The translations under genes were made by a program, and so were the position numbers. Under the pieces are notes generated by a model, which saw nothing but the letters and a program-made list of their open reading frames with translations, was not told the DNA's origin and made no database searches. From Octopus vulgaris (Eukaryota), in assembly GCA_951406725.2 (NCBI GenBank), contig OX597818.1:34844001-34908000 (forward strand): a stretch of 64,000 nt of DNA. Direction: 5' to 3'. Shown piece by piece: positions 27,516 through 40,340 of the stretch (the first letter of the stretch is position 1; the number at the start of each line of letters is the position of its first letter).

Positions 27516-27834
27516 ATGTGTGTGTGTTCATGAACTCTTGTCCTGTGCTAATTATAAATAAATGTCATTCATACACAAGATGTCTTTTATTTGCAATCTT
27601 CTGTGCAAGCATGTTCTGCATTTGTGCTGTTTGAAGGACTGGAAAAGTATTTGGCCATAGAAACCTGGGTTAATGAATTTCATCTAATCCATGCAAATGA
27701 AACAAAAGTGGTGATTCTTCTTTGACTTATAATACTAGTTATTTTCTAACATTTTTAATAAACCAGTCAATTTATTAACATTAATTCATCATTTTTAAGT
27801 CATAAAATTTTAATGGATAGTTAATTTTATGTAT

Positions 27835-28154
27835 GTCTCCATGGTTAGAGTGTCAGGTTCACAATCATGAGGTAGTGAGTTTGATTCTCAAACCAGGCTG
27901 TGTGTTGTGTTCTTGAGCAAGACATTTTATATCACATTGCTCCAGTTCACTCAGCTGTAGAAAATGAGTTGCAATGTCACTGGTGCCAAGCTATATCAGC
28001 TTTTGCTTTTTCCTTTGGATAACATCGATGGTGATAAAAGGGGAGGCATGGGCAACTGCTAGTATTCCATAAACAACTTTGCCTGGACTTGTGCCTCAGA
28101 GAGAAATATTTTAGGTGCAATCCCATGGTCATTCATGACCGAAGGGGTCTTTAC

Positions 28155-28158
<4 letters not shown>
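27835..28158 (+). mobile_element. SINE family 2 variant with a different tail
   Basis: Same head and core (GTGTTCTTGAGCAAGACA...CACTCAGCTG); ends CTTTACCCTT before (TA)n. Confidence 0.75.

Positions 28159-28197
<39 letters not shown>
28158..28197. repeat. (TA)n microsatellite
   Basis: Direct reading. Confidence 0.95.
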
Positions 28198-28204
<7 letters not shown>

Positions 28205-28325
28205 TTTTTAAATATATTTTGTAATGAAATGAAATGCTATCAGCTTCTCATTTTGAAGATGGTATTTTTATTTTATTTCATTAAAAAATATTCCAGAATA
28301 TTTAAAGTGTGAGGTACAGATTTAA

Positions 28326-28530
28326 CCCTTTAGTGTTCGCATTACTCTGCCAAAATTATGCTTTTTCATCCAGATTGTTTTGAACTAATCATGCATTATC
28401 TTGTAGCTATGAGATTTTGATGAGGTAGCTGTTAATTTTTAAAACGATATTGTAGGGCTGGTGTGAGAGACCAGATCTGGCCAGCTTGAACATAAAACAG
28501 GCAGAATACTTTTGCATGGAAAATGGCCAT
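28326..28530 (+). mobile_element. Second TTAA-CCC MITE-like element, right end decayed or truncated
   Basis: TTAA|CCCTTTAGTGTTC start; no matching right TIR seen. Confidence 0.4.
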
Positions 28531-31017
28531 AAAATTTTGACCTACTTTGGAGTTCTTTTTTTTTTTCCTTTTGATAGAATATGACTTGTCAGCTGGGTAA
28601 TTCTTCCTACATCAGCCTATTTTGCTAACAATACAGGCTCTACTTTCTACTTTTGTAGTGAGTAGTTAGTTAGTAATAGGAAGGGTATGCAGTAGTAAAA
28701 ACAATATCTCCAATATGCAAAACCCCTCACTTTATAAATTCCTTGCTAGATATTAGAAATGGACAAATGATTGAAAAATAGAGATTGCTTTGCAAATTTA
28801 TATATGAATTACTGGCACTGTTGTTTATGGTGTTTTTCCTTGTATCACTTAACTCACCTACTTGAAATCTTTGTTTTAGCCACCACAACAGTGTAGGCTG
28901 TGCTGAAGCATATTTAAATTAAAATCTCATTATAACATTAATGGTAGAGTGCTATTTCAGTTGGTCAACACTGCCATAGTATAACAATATATCAAATTAC
29001 AATTTATTAAACCCCTCCCATGTCTTCATGAAAATTAATTGAAATACTTTGGCTGTCTAGTTGTAAGTGGTTAGTGTGTGTTTATGTTTCCTTGTCTGGA
29101 CACCAAGTGTAAAAGAACATCACAGTCATATATGTAGTCTCTTTTCATTTCTAATCTTCTGTAAAAACATGTCTAATCATAAACAAGCATTACCTTGCTT
29201 GGAAACAGGTGAACGTTGGCAACGGGAAGGGTGTCCAGTCATAGAAAATCTGTCTTAACAAATTACATGAGCCCTGCAATCATGGAAAAGTGGATGTTAA
29301 AATGATAAATAGATTTGTGTTGAGAAATATGGCAGCTACAAGTAATATTATATCAAGCTTTCAAAATTTAGGGTCAAGTTGCCATCTTGCAGATGTTTCA
29401 AATGTTTTTTCCATTATAGAAAAACATATCCAATTTAAATTTATCTAAATGCATATTGGAATCTGTAAATAGATTTAGCATCAACCAATGAGTTTTCTGA
29501 CAATTGTTACAACTCTAAAACTTAATTTGTTTTTTCTCCTCTTTCTGGCTTTTGTAGAGCATGAAACTAATGTGTTAGATCAGTTTCTGCTTGTAAACAT
29601 TACAAAACTAATCCTACTTTGTATAGTCACATATGTTAGCAATTAAAAATCACCAATAGAATTCTACTTGCTTTGTTCCCAAAAAAGGATAGTAATACGA
29701 GATTGTTATGAGAAGGAAAATGAGAAAAGGTTTTTACAATTTAAATCTTAGAATATTTGAAGAAAAATTCAGAATGATGCTGGGAAGCCGATTATACATG
29801 GTACTTAATTGTCACTATTAAATACTTCTCTCTTGTTTGATCTTACATTTCCCATTTGTAGAAACTGTTTAAAACAAAAGTACTAGCGGGGAATGAAACA
29901 GTAATTATGGTTTAATGAGTTTTCGCTGCTTAATTATGTTAAATAGCAAATGAATTAGTTTTATCTTCATATTTGCTTGGTTGACTGTACCAGAAAGTCT
30001 GCATAAAATTAAAAAAAATTAAATGAGTTCCACCTTCCAACTCATTTAATTCTAAGATATCAATAGTTGTTTACTATCTGTTTTTTTTTTTAAATGCTTT
30101 TGCTTTTTGTTTAGTTAATTACAGTTTTTTCAACTCATAATTAAAATTTCATTTAGTGTTATTACTTCCTACTCTATTAGGAAACTAACACTTTTAAACA
30201 ATAAACCATCTGTTACTCAAATCATTTTGATAATTATGCCATTCAAATATGCAAAATAAATTGATTTTTTTGGCTTTATAACATTACCTCGTCACTTATT
30301 TGTTTATCATCCTTATAAAATATCTGTTTATATATGATTCATGAAGGAATTGAAATGTTTCCAGATAAGGTAAATATCTAAATGGTACCTTATCTAGATG
30401 GGCTGTTCTTCATGACTATAATTATATTAATCTCATCTACAGGGTGTAAATTTACATCTGTATACCAAGTTTCTATCAGTTTGATTTCTGATCATCATTA
30501 GGTGTCTCTTCCTAAATGTATATAACCCCAGATCATATTAAATTCAGGAACCTCTATTTCTAAAGTAATGATATTCTTCAGTAATTCTCTGACATGTGTA
30601 CACACCTTTGGCTTAGACCTGAAGTTTCCTCAATTAAATTCAGTTGGTACATATCTATGACAATGACACTTAATGAGGATTGGCAATCAAGCCAATTGAA
30701 ATGTATGGTAGGTGTAAGTATCGTGAATACACAGGTTAATAGTCTGGACAAATGTATATTTATTAAATGTAAAACATGGTCAGAGAAAAAGATTTTTTTT
30801 TATATCTAATTCTTGTGGCACTCTTAGAAGTATGTGTAATTCAAAAATAGTTTCTGAAATATTGTTAACATTAATTTGTTTACAGATTGTTAAGAGGTCA
30901 AAGAGAGCTGTGTCTCCAATTAAGATATGATCAGGTTGAGCAGTAACTGATATAAACAACTGGTTCTTGGGTACCAACTAACAAATAAATGTTTTGCTTT
31001 GTTTCTATCTTTTCCAG

Positions 31018-31189
31018 GACTGTCCAACTGATTCCTCCGATCAGCATGTGGTTCAAACAGAATCCATTACAAATGCTGATGACACTGATCTCGTTGCTAC
31101 TGATGATGCCTTTGAGCCTTCCCAGGATCCCATTGTTAATGGGGATGAACCATTAACAGATTTTGGTGATACCACAGAAGAGAGTGATG
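31018..31189 (+). CDS. GRAMD1: GRAMD1 exon, acidic linker before VASt (DCPTDSSDQH...DFGDTTEESD)
   Basis: Polypyrimidine tract + CAG ending at 31017; donor G|GTTAGT at 31190; 172 nt, phase 0-1; acidic peptide like the GRAM-VASt linker. Confidence 0.85.
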
Positions 31190-31346
31190 GTTAGTCAATT
31201 TATCATTAAGGACCACATTATATTTCTCCTTTCTATTTGCTTCATTCTAATCAACATTTAAAATTGGCTTGCACTGCACTCAGGCATAATTTTATTTGCT
31301 ATCTTTTCTTTTTTTTCTCCTTTCATTTTTTTCATGCACACTGAAG

Positions 31347-31403
31347 ACGGTGAAGGTCTACCATCTTGTCGTAACCCTGTTAAATGCCCTTCAGAGGAAA
31401 CAG
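31347..31403 (+). CDS. GRAMD1: Candidate 57-nt alternative cassette exon of GRAMD1 (DGEGLPSCRNPVKCPSEET)
   Basis: Long pyrimidine tract 31290-31333, AAG acceptor, CAG|GTACGA donor; symmetric phase 1-1; no stop in the required frame. Confidence 0.55.
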
Positions 31404-31963
31404 GTACGATTCTTCTCTTTCGTCTTTGCACAAGAAAAGATTTTGGTAACATGGAATTATGTACCTGACTATATGTGCATGTTATATATTTTTGTTTGTT
31501 TGAATGTGTAGATAACTGTACCAGACACTATACTTTACCACATGGGTGTATTAGACACTTATGTAAACCATATCACATTTCTATGCACAATTTTATATAT
31601 ATATATATATAAAGTGAGAGAGTCCAATCAAAATACTTCATACTGTTCATATTGTCATCATAATGCATGTAAACAGTTTTAATGTCAGTAGAACTTGAAG
31701 AGTTGAAATAGACCTGACATAACATGTATGTCTGTGAGCACTGAGAAACAACATTTTTTAAGGTTAATTTACTTGATGACTGACCACTTGTTCTTGAGTT
31801 CTGTTCTGTCAACAGCTATTGTGTTCCTGGAAAAAGTGCACAGCTCTGCCTGTTTTAGTTTACCTAACCTTCAACTCTATTTTGGGCTATTAGTGGTAAG
31901 AAAGGTTCTAGTTGGAAATACCTTTATACATATACATGTACACTCACACTGCTAAGCCTTATA

Positions 31964-33199
31964 TTGGGTTGGCAACTAAGTTCCTGCCGTTGTTTTAAGT
32001 TTAAATTTTTTAAAAGGTTTAATAAAAAATAACAAGTAATTAATCAATAATGTATTCACCCTTGTTGTTTACAACTTCCTCCCAACTTCTTCCCAACTTT
32101 CAACAAGATTTTCAATACCTCGTTGGTAGAAATCACCTGATTTCAACTCAAAAAATTGATCCAACCAAGCTCTCAATTCTGCATCAATATTGAACGAAAC
32201 TCTGCGCATAGCATTTGAAAGAGATTGAAAGAGGTGAAAATCTGTTGGTGCCAAATCAGAAGAGTACAGCGGGTGTGGCAGCACTTCCTAGCCATGCGTT
32301 TGAATGGCTTCCTTGGTTATATTAGCGATATGAGGGTGGGAATTGTCGTGCAGCAGAAGAACTCCATGCTGCCAATTAGGTCTTTTCTCTTGAATAGCCA
32401 TGTTGAGTTGTTCCATCTGTTAAACATAGAGTTCTGCGTTGACTGTTGGGTTCTGTTCAAGCAATTCGTAATGGATAATCCCTTCCCAGTTCCACCATAC
32501 ACTTAACATCATTTTACTCAGATGAAAATCTTGTTTCACAAGCAGTGTCGCTTGTTTACTGGGGCTAAGCCATTCCTTACGCTGCTTCATATTGATGTAC
32601 AGGCACCATTTTTCGTCACCTGAGTAGTGACAAGAAAGCAAACCAGTGGAGATTGTGGCTCGTTGATTTTTGTTGTTGTCACTTAAAGCATGCGGAACCC
32701 ATGCTCCATACTTCTGAACCTTTCCCATCAAGTGAAGATGCTTCTCTACACCAGTGTGGGAGCATTCCATTTTCTCTGCCAGTTCCCTTGTTGCTTGACG
32801 AGAATTTTTGTGCAAATGTTGGTTTAATCGCTCTTTATCGAACTCAACTAGACGGCCAGAATGAGGAGCATTTTTTAGGTCAAAATTTCCATTTTTGAAC
32901 TTGGCATACCAATCACAAGCAGTTCTTTCAGCTATGGCACTCTCTCCATACACAGCACAAATGTTGTGAGCATCTTTTGCAGCCTTAGAACCTTGATTAA
33001 AAGCAAAAAGGTGTCGAAAATGCTCATTTTTCTTAACTTGACATTCCATTTTAATAATCTGAAAATAAACAAAAATTAACTAAAATTAACTTGAAATAAT
33101 AACAAAATAGATTCCAAAATGACTCAAAAATAGAATTCTCGAAAAAAAAATAGATTCCAAAATTAAAAAAAAACGACAGGAACTTAGTTGCCAACCTAA
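31964..33199 (-). mobile_element. Full-length mariner (Tc1/mariner DD34D) transposon, defective
   Basis: TIRs TTGGGTTGGCAACTAAGTTCCTGCCGTT / AACGACAGGAACTTAGTTGCCAACCTAA flanked by TA; about 1.24 kb; internal transposase remnant. Confidence 0.95.
32040..33049 (-). pseudogene. Mariner transposase pseudogene
   Basis: ATG at 33049; WVPHAL linker, GDEKW, HDN and YSSDLAPTDFHLF motifs with exactly 34 codons between the 2nd and 3rd Asp. Lesions: frameshift near 32420, in-frame TAG at 32288-32290, apparent deletion before GDEKW, 11-nt duplication near the C-terminus. Confidence 0.92.
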
Positions 33200-33292
33200 T
33201 ATATTAGGATTGAATGTCTTGAGGAGTGTTCCCAAAAATCTCATGTTTTTCACATAAATTAAAAGTACATCTTCTGAAACAGAAATTACTTT

Positions 33293-33353
33293 ATTATTGA
33301 CCAATTTGTAACACTGATCACCTGATGCTCAGTGTTACAAATTGGTTGATAAT
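33293..33353 (+). other. 61-nt near-perfect hairpin (pre-miRNA-like)
   Basis: 25-bp stem (23 Watson-Crick + 2 G-U pairs on the + strand) around the 11-nt TCACCTGATGC. Confidence 0.6.
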
Positions 33354-34214
33354 CAGTGTACTCTGAGATAACAAGCAGATTTTCTGTATAAGAGGTTATA
33401 TCTACTATGGATATTGCATTCCTGTTGAATGGCTCACCAACTTCAGAACTTTTGTTTTACACCACTGAAATCTTTTAGAATCTGCTATTGATCTCTACCA
33501 TTTACTTGTTGCTTTTGTCGTTACAAATAACTGATTCTGTGCTTTGAGCCAATAATTCTATTGTCTTTTCTCTATTCTACTAAGTGCAATCTCTTCTTTA
33601 CTAAGTGTGGTCTTTTCTCTACTCAAACAATTAGTTTACTCATCTTTTTACAATTCTCATTTTCACTATGTCCTCTCTAATTATCTTTTCCTAACACTGT
33701 AAAACAAAAATAATTTTGACATGTTTGGACTAATTTCTTCTCAAATTTCACCAATTGTGACATGATGAGATATTTGTTACACTAATTTCATTTAATCTTT
33801 CAAGCCTTTTACGAACATATTTTATTGCTGTTAATGTGGTGTTTCACTATTGACTGGAAAATTAAATGCAAAATGAAGTCCTTTGTTTTCATTTCTCTGT
33901 CTCATCTCAGAATATCTAATCTTTACTATTATATTTTTGAACCATCAAAAGTTTATTGCTTTAACTTATATTTTTTCTTGATAGTTTTGAAGTTAAGAAA
34001 TTAATTTTCTTCTTGTGTAAGGTTGCCCAGCTTCATCAATATGCACATGTACACACACACACATGTTTGTACTGATAAATCCCTCTATACATATATCTTT
34101 ACCCTTTAACTATGAAATTAAATTTCATGGTTATTCCTGTAATGGTGTTAAATATTTACCAATGAATAGAATTGGTATTTTCTGCTATTCACATTGGCCT
34201 AATAAACTTGACAT

Positions 34215-34490
34215 ATCATCATCATCGTTTAACGTGCGCTTTCCATGCTAGCATGGGTTGGACGATTTTGACTGAGGGCTGGCAAACCAGATGGCTGCAC
34301 CAGGCTCCAATCTTGATCTAGCAGAGTTTCTACAGCTGGATGCCCTTCCTAATGCCAACCACTCCGAGAGTGTAGTGGGTGCTTTTTACATGCCACTGGC
34401 ACCGGCGCCAGTCAGGCAGTACTGGCAACGACCTTGCTCAAATCTTTTTACACGTGCCACCGGCACAGGTGCCAGTGAAGCGACGTTGAA
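34215..34490 (-). mobile_element. Family 4 copy
   Basis: Colinear with 10635-10930. Confidence 0.8.
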
Positions 34491-36539
34491 CAAAAAATAG
34501 TGTCAAACATAACATTCCTCAATAAAAGGTAGATTGCTATATAAAACTGCTTTCTGCAACTAAGAGTGATGAAATTTTGATTGGACATATCTGATTTCCA
34601 CAGTAAGAGAATTAGTAGCTCCTTCAGGAATCTAATGAAAAACTATTTTGAGTTGTGGCGGTGGTATTGGTGGTAGTGGTGGCTGCAGTAGATGTTTGAA
34701 TATGAAACAGTAATTATCAATAAAAACAATTAGTATATCAGCCCATTATTTCAATCATGTAGTAACAAGTTGGCCTGAGACTTACAATTGTTGGAGCTTA
34801 AAGTAAACAGAAACAAATCCTATGTGATCTTTCCACCAAGCTTTCTTTAATTCCTACCTTTTACTCTCACGTGTCCAGTTTCATTAATTACAAACACTCA
34901 TCTGTATTGATTAAGTTCTAATATACTTAGGTGTGCTCAATCAAGGCTGACCAGAGCTATACAACAAACTGCAATAACTGTAACATTACATACTCTATAT
35001 TAAGCAGCATTAAACATTCACTTGAATGCGTTTGTGTGAAGAGGTGGTATAAGTAAGTGTGTAAGAATGTAAATATATATATTTACTTGCTTACTGTTTG
35101 GGTCGTTATGGTTGTCACAATATGGCTAGAAATTGGCAAATGCCCAAATAAAATTAGTTTGCCTTCATAGGTTTTCATAAATTTCTTATTGTACTTATTA
35201 TTGGTTTATTGATTTCCTTCTTACTGTGTTTAGTCATTTAATTTATTATTTTAATTATCCTCACCAGTTTGAACTAGAATCAGACTTCTATTAGTGAATG
35301 CATTTCTACTTTAAGGAGTGTTTGTGTATGTGCTATGTGTCAGTGTGTGTTTGTGTATGTAATATAGGATATGGTAACAGACGGTATATAGCCTGATCCA
35401 CCTATGTTCGGTTGGTTAAAAGAGTAGATCAGGAGATGTAAAATTAATGAACATCACTATATTATAGGTGTTTGCCAGGTGTAGGAGATTTTTATACTTA
35501 GCTTGCACAAGAAAAGTAGCCAACCTAATGTATTGAAACGAATAGGTAGGCGATATTAAACTGTAATCTGAATACTTATTTGAAAGCATTCAGTGTTCAT
35601 TAATATAATTGATTTTAGGTATTTGATATATGTATGGTTTTCTGTACCAACTTGCATCACAAAATTCACTATGTTTGAGACGATGGAAACAGAGTGATAG
35701 GAACTTAATACTGTAAACACACTGCTCAAATGGGGAAGTGACATTTTCAGTAAAACTAGAAGTGAATAAATGATTCAAGTAGTGTAAATGCAGTGTTGTT
35801 GATATTATCAGCTAATGAGTTGAACTGGGTTTATTTGAATTTGTTTTCTAGGTAAACTAATCCTTGCTGATATAAAATGTAGTTTTCACCTTATGTCAAA
35901 TATTTGAAGTGATTAATAAGATTGGGGCATACTGATTCACTGATTTCCAAACAGGGCTCTTCTGTTTTAAAAAGGCCTACTTTTGTGCTGTTGTTTTAGT
36001 GAAATATGAGCATTTAATGGTGTAAGCTTATTTGGATGTATTGTGTTTGGTCTAGTTGGTATGTGAAATGAATTAGGGAATGATTAAAAGCTTACATGTG
36101 AAAGCAACATTGAAGTTGTGTGCACATATTCACTATTTAAAACTTTACTGTTATTGTACATAATGTTGCAAGAAACGTTATTTTCGAACTTTTTCCTGTA
36201 AGTAATCTGTTAACAGATGGTTCACTAGAGTAAATACAATATGGCATAACTGTGTGTTCTTTGAAGATAGATGTCTGTAGGTCTTCAGCCAACAAGTAAA
36301 GAGAAAAACTAATTATATGTGAATTAAAAATTAGATTTTTGTTTCTGATGAATTGTCTATAGAGGACATCTAGCAGTAGTTTGGCAGCCACAGGCATTAG
36401 ACTAATGTGTCTTAGAGAAAGAGCAATATGCATGAGATAGTGTTTGGACTCATGATTTTTACAATCAATAGTCTAGCGCCTTAAATTCCCAATAGGTGCA
36501 TCTCTTAGCTTGATTCCCAGTTACTCTACTCTCTCATTT

Positions 36540-37012
<473 letters not shown>

Positions 37013-37885
37013 AATTGTCAGCAATTATAGCATCTAACTTCAAAATATTGCATTTACATTGTGATTTAAAAACTACTGGGAATATTTAGAGATAGAAAGA
37101 AAATTCAAAAGAAAGAAATGTGTGTGTGTGTGTGTGTGTGTGCATGCATGTGAAACAGTGATGAATTTGATGGGTCTGGAATTTTTCATACTAATTTGTT
37201 TTGTTTTCACAGGATAAGCTTTATGAAAGAAGTGGGCTCCAGCACTACTTCATGATAGAACCATTGGCTCTAAGAAAAATACCAAATTTTCAAACAACAG
37301 TTTAGTCAGTTTATATATAAATGTGAAAAATCTGTAAAAAAATCTCCAGACCTTATATTACAATGAAATGAAAAATACATATTGAAGTAGGGAAAATAGA
37401 TTTTCTAGCGAAACAACACTTGTGGAAACATGAGCTGGTGCACTGTCATCTGACTCTGCATGTATTGATCAATGAATTAGGTATTGTTTTATGCCAAGTC
37501 ATTTAAAAGTCATATTTATGATGTTCTGTTATTTTCATTCAGGTTCTATTCTACTTACATCACCACTTTTTGTGAAACATGTTCAAAATAGTTAAATGTC
37601 AGTGAATAAGTAATCATAGAATTGTTGATGATATTTATTGTAATTTTTTTCACTTATATATAAATTAGTAATTTTGTAGCTTCAAGTGTAGATAGATAGA
37701 TAGATTGTTTGAACATATATCTTCTTACTCAAAACAATACTTGCAAATATGTGACTTAATTACCTCAACACCATTCTTAAGAAGCTAGGCTACTCAAAAC
37801 CAGAAAGGGTGTGAGAAATTATAATTACAAGCCATTACAAGAAGAAAAAAAAATTCCAAAATATAGCTTTAGTATCTACACATAT

Positions 37886-38070
37886 GTGGAGGCACATGGC
37901 TTAGTGGTTAGGGTGTCAGTATCGTGATCGTAAGATTGTGGTTTTGATTCCTGGACCGGGCGATGTGTTGTGTTCTTGAGAAAAACACTTCATTTTACGT
38001 TGCTCCAGTCCACTCAGCTGGCAAAAATGAGTAATGCTGCAATGGACCATGAGCCTGGCTAGGCTTAAAA
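37886..38070 (+). mobile_element. SINE family 2 copy
   Basis: Head and core nearly identical to 3745-3890. Confidence 0.8.
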
Positions 38071-38134
38071 AAAAGGACGCATTTATTTTATTTTTGTCTA
38101 CACATATATCATCATCATTTTTCATAATCAGCAT

Positions 38135-38490
38135 CATCATCATTTTTACTGTCCACTTTTCTATGCTTGCATGGATCAGACAGAATTTGCTACACCTAGA
38201 TGCTCTTCCTGTTGCCAACCCTCACCTATTTTCAAGCAAATTAATGTTTCCTCATAGCCAAGTATGTTTTCCATGGAAGGGTGCAAATGAACAGACACAA
38301 AGACACACACATGTGCACACACACATATACGCACATGATGGGCTTTCACACAGTTTCTGTCTCCTAAATTCACTCACAAGGCTTTGGTTAGCTTGGGCTA
38401 TAATGAAAACCACTTGCTCGTGATGCTGTGCAGTGGGACTGAACCCAAAACCATGTGGTTACAAAGTGAGCTTCTTAACCACACAGTGCC
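38135..38490 (-). mobile_element. SINE family 3 head with tail B
   Basis: Same module order as 9598-10052. Confidence 0.7.
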
Positions 38491-40159
38491 AGCATAGGAA
38501 AAATATGCAAAATGAACAAATTAACACACACATTCACACACACACACACACGCATGATGTTATTGGTGTTAAATCTCAGACAAATGCTATATCTACCATT
38601 CTAGTATAAAACTATGTTCTGTGTAAACTTTACATTTGATGATCTGAAATGCATGATGATCATGATTGTTATTTCACTTAATGGTTGCAGATGGTATTTC
38701 GTATGATGTTGAAGAATGTAAATGTCATATTTTACATTCTACTGACTATCCCTTCATGTGTGTTAGAAGTTTGCTCAGCTGGAACAAACAGATAATCTGT
38801 AATACCATTATCTGTATCAACCTTCATCTCAAACCCCTTAAATCTACTTTTCATCCTTCCTTTCTTTTTCTCTTCCATGTCACCATCACCATCATCATAG
38901 TAGCAATCATTTTTATTTTCCATAGTGGCATTATATACATTGGTCTGCTGTACTATACCTATCCATATGTAGGTGTCCTGAATCTTTTTGAAGTTCTACT
39001 TCAAACCATGAGCCAACAAAACAGCTTCTCTGTAAAGAAAAAGGCTAAATTCCCTCAAAGCATATCATAATATCATGTTAAAGGAAGGACACATTTTAAT
39101 GTGGTTCTAAAAATACGAAAAAGATGAGATGGTCACTGCTGGGACATCATAGATCTGCTCTAACACTAACTGCTAACTTTATAGTTGTCTTCCCTGCATT
39201 CACCGACCATTTCTTTTGATGATCACTTACTTTCTCTAGCCCACTATTTATCCTTTCTCATAAATTGGACTGTACTATACATCTAATGGACTATGCTATA
39301 CATATGTCCTTTCTCTCTAGTTGCTGTAGGTTCTTTAAATTCACTCTTCAAATTTAATATCCATGTGTTATCAAATTCTTAAATGCTTTCTGTAATCTGC
39401 CTTTCAAGTTGAGGCAGAAATACTTTCTTACCTCTGAAGGTAGTAGTTTTTTGTGCTTGTTCTATTTTATTCAAATTGCTAGCCATAACATTGTGTTGAA
39501 ATAAGAGTTGCTGGGTTTTTTTTTTAAATAGACATTACACATACATATATACATGCATGACCGACTGAATGAATGATGCAAAATTTGTTAGATATTTCCT
39601 AAAATAACACGATTGGTCTCTTCTGGTATTGATTTTAGTTCCAGTAGTTTGTTGGATCCTCTCTGTTGAGATTTTTATCTTTTCTGTCTCTATGAATGCC
39701 AGTATTTCTCAGCTTAGTTAAATTGTTTCAAAACCGAAGAATCTTAAATGATATAGATTCTAATGAGACATCAGATAGATTCTGGGTTCATATAATTGTT
39801 ATTGAAATTATCATTTTATTACTTGTTTCATGAAATCTTAGGTTGTAGATTAGAGTTTTGACATTTCTGTCCTTGTCTTGGTTAAAACTCCAACATTGAC
39901 TTTTCTTAGAGTCTTGGTTTTGATCAAATATTCTTTTGTGGAATAGGCTACATAATATGATTGAATATATCCTATCCTTATCTTTTTCATTGTGTTTCGC
40001 TTGACATTATTTCTCTTTAAAATGCTTTTATCATAAAAATTTGCATATTTCTTATATATGATATTTATTTTCTCACAGTTATACTGTGTCTGTCCAAGGA
40101 AGATTTATTTTTGTGTTTGACATGTTTAATCTTTTTGCTTTTTACCATATTTCAGTTGA

Positions 40160-40340
40160 ACTGCATTAATTTTGTTTCAGTTAATTTTGAAAAGAATTTA
40201 GTGAAATAACTGTAATTATTAAGTTGATGTTTTAGCATAAATTAACATGAGAAGTTTTAATTTATGAGAGATCACTTTAAAACAGGAAGTTTGTATCATA
40301 GGACCAAAAACAGTCTCAGGCAGATTGATATCATTTGTTA
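40160..40340 (+). mobile_element. Degenerate fragment of the TTAA MITE family
   Basis: AAAGAATTTAGTGAAATAACT...CATAAATTAACATGA...TTTGTATCATAG blocks match the other copies. Confidence 0.45.

Noticed and set aside
30363-30395. 10-bp inverted repeat AGATAAGGTA...TACCTTATCT
   Set aside because: Short AT-rich stem within chance expectation.
33309-33317. TAACACTG, resembling the miR-141/200a (miR-8 family) 5' end
   Set aside because: It lies at the loop-proximal end of the 5' arm and the following sequence does not match that family; no family assignment made.
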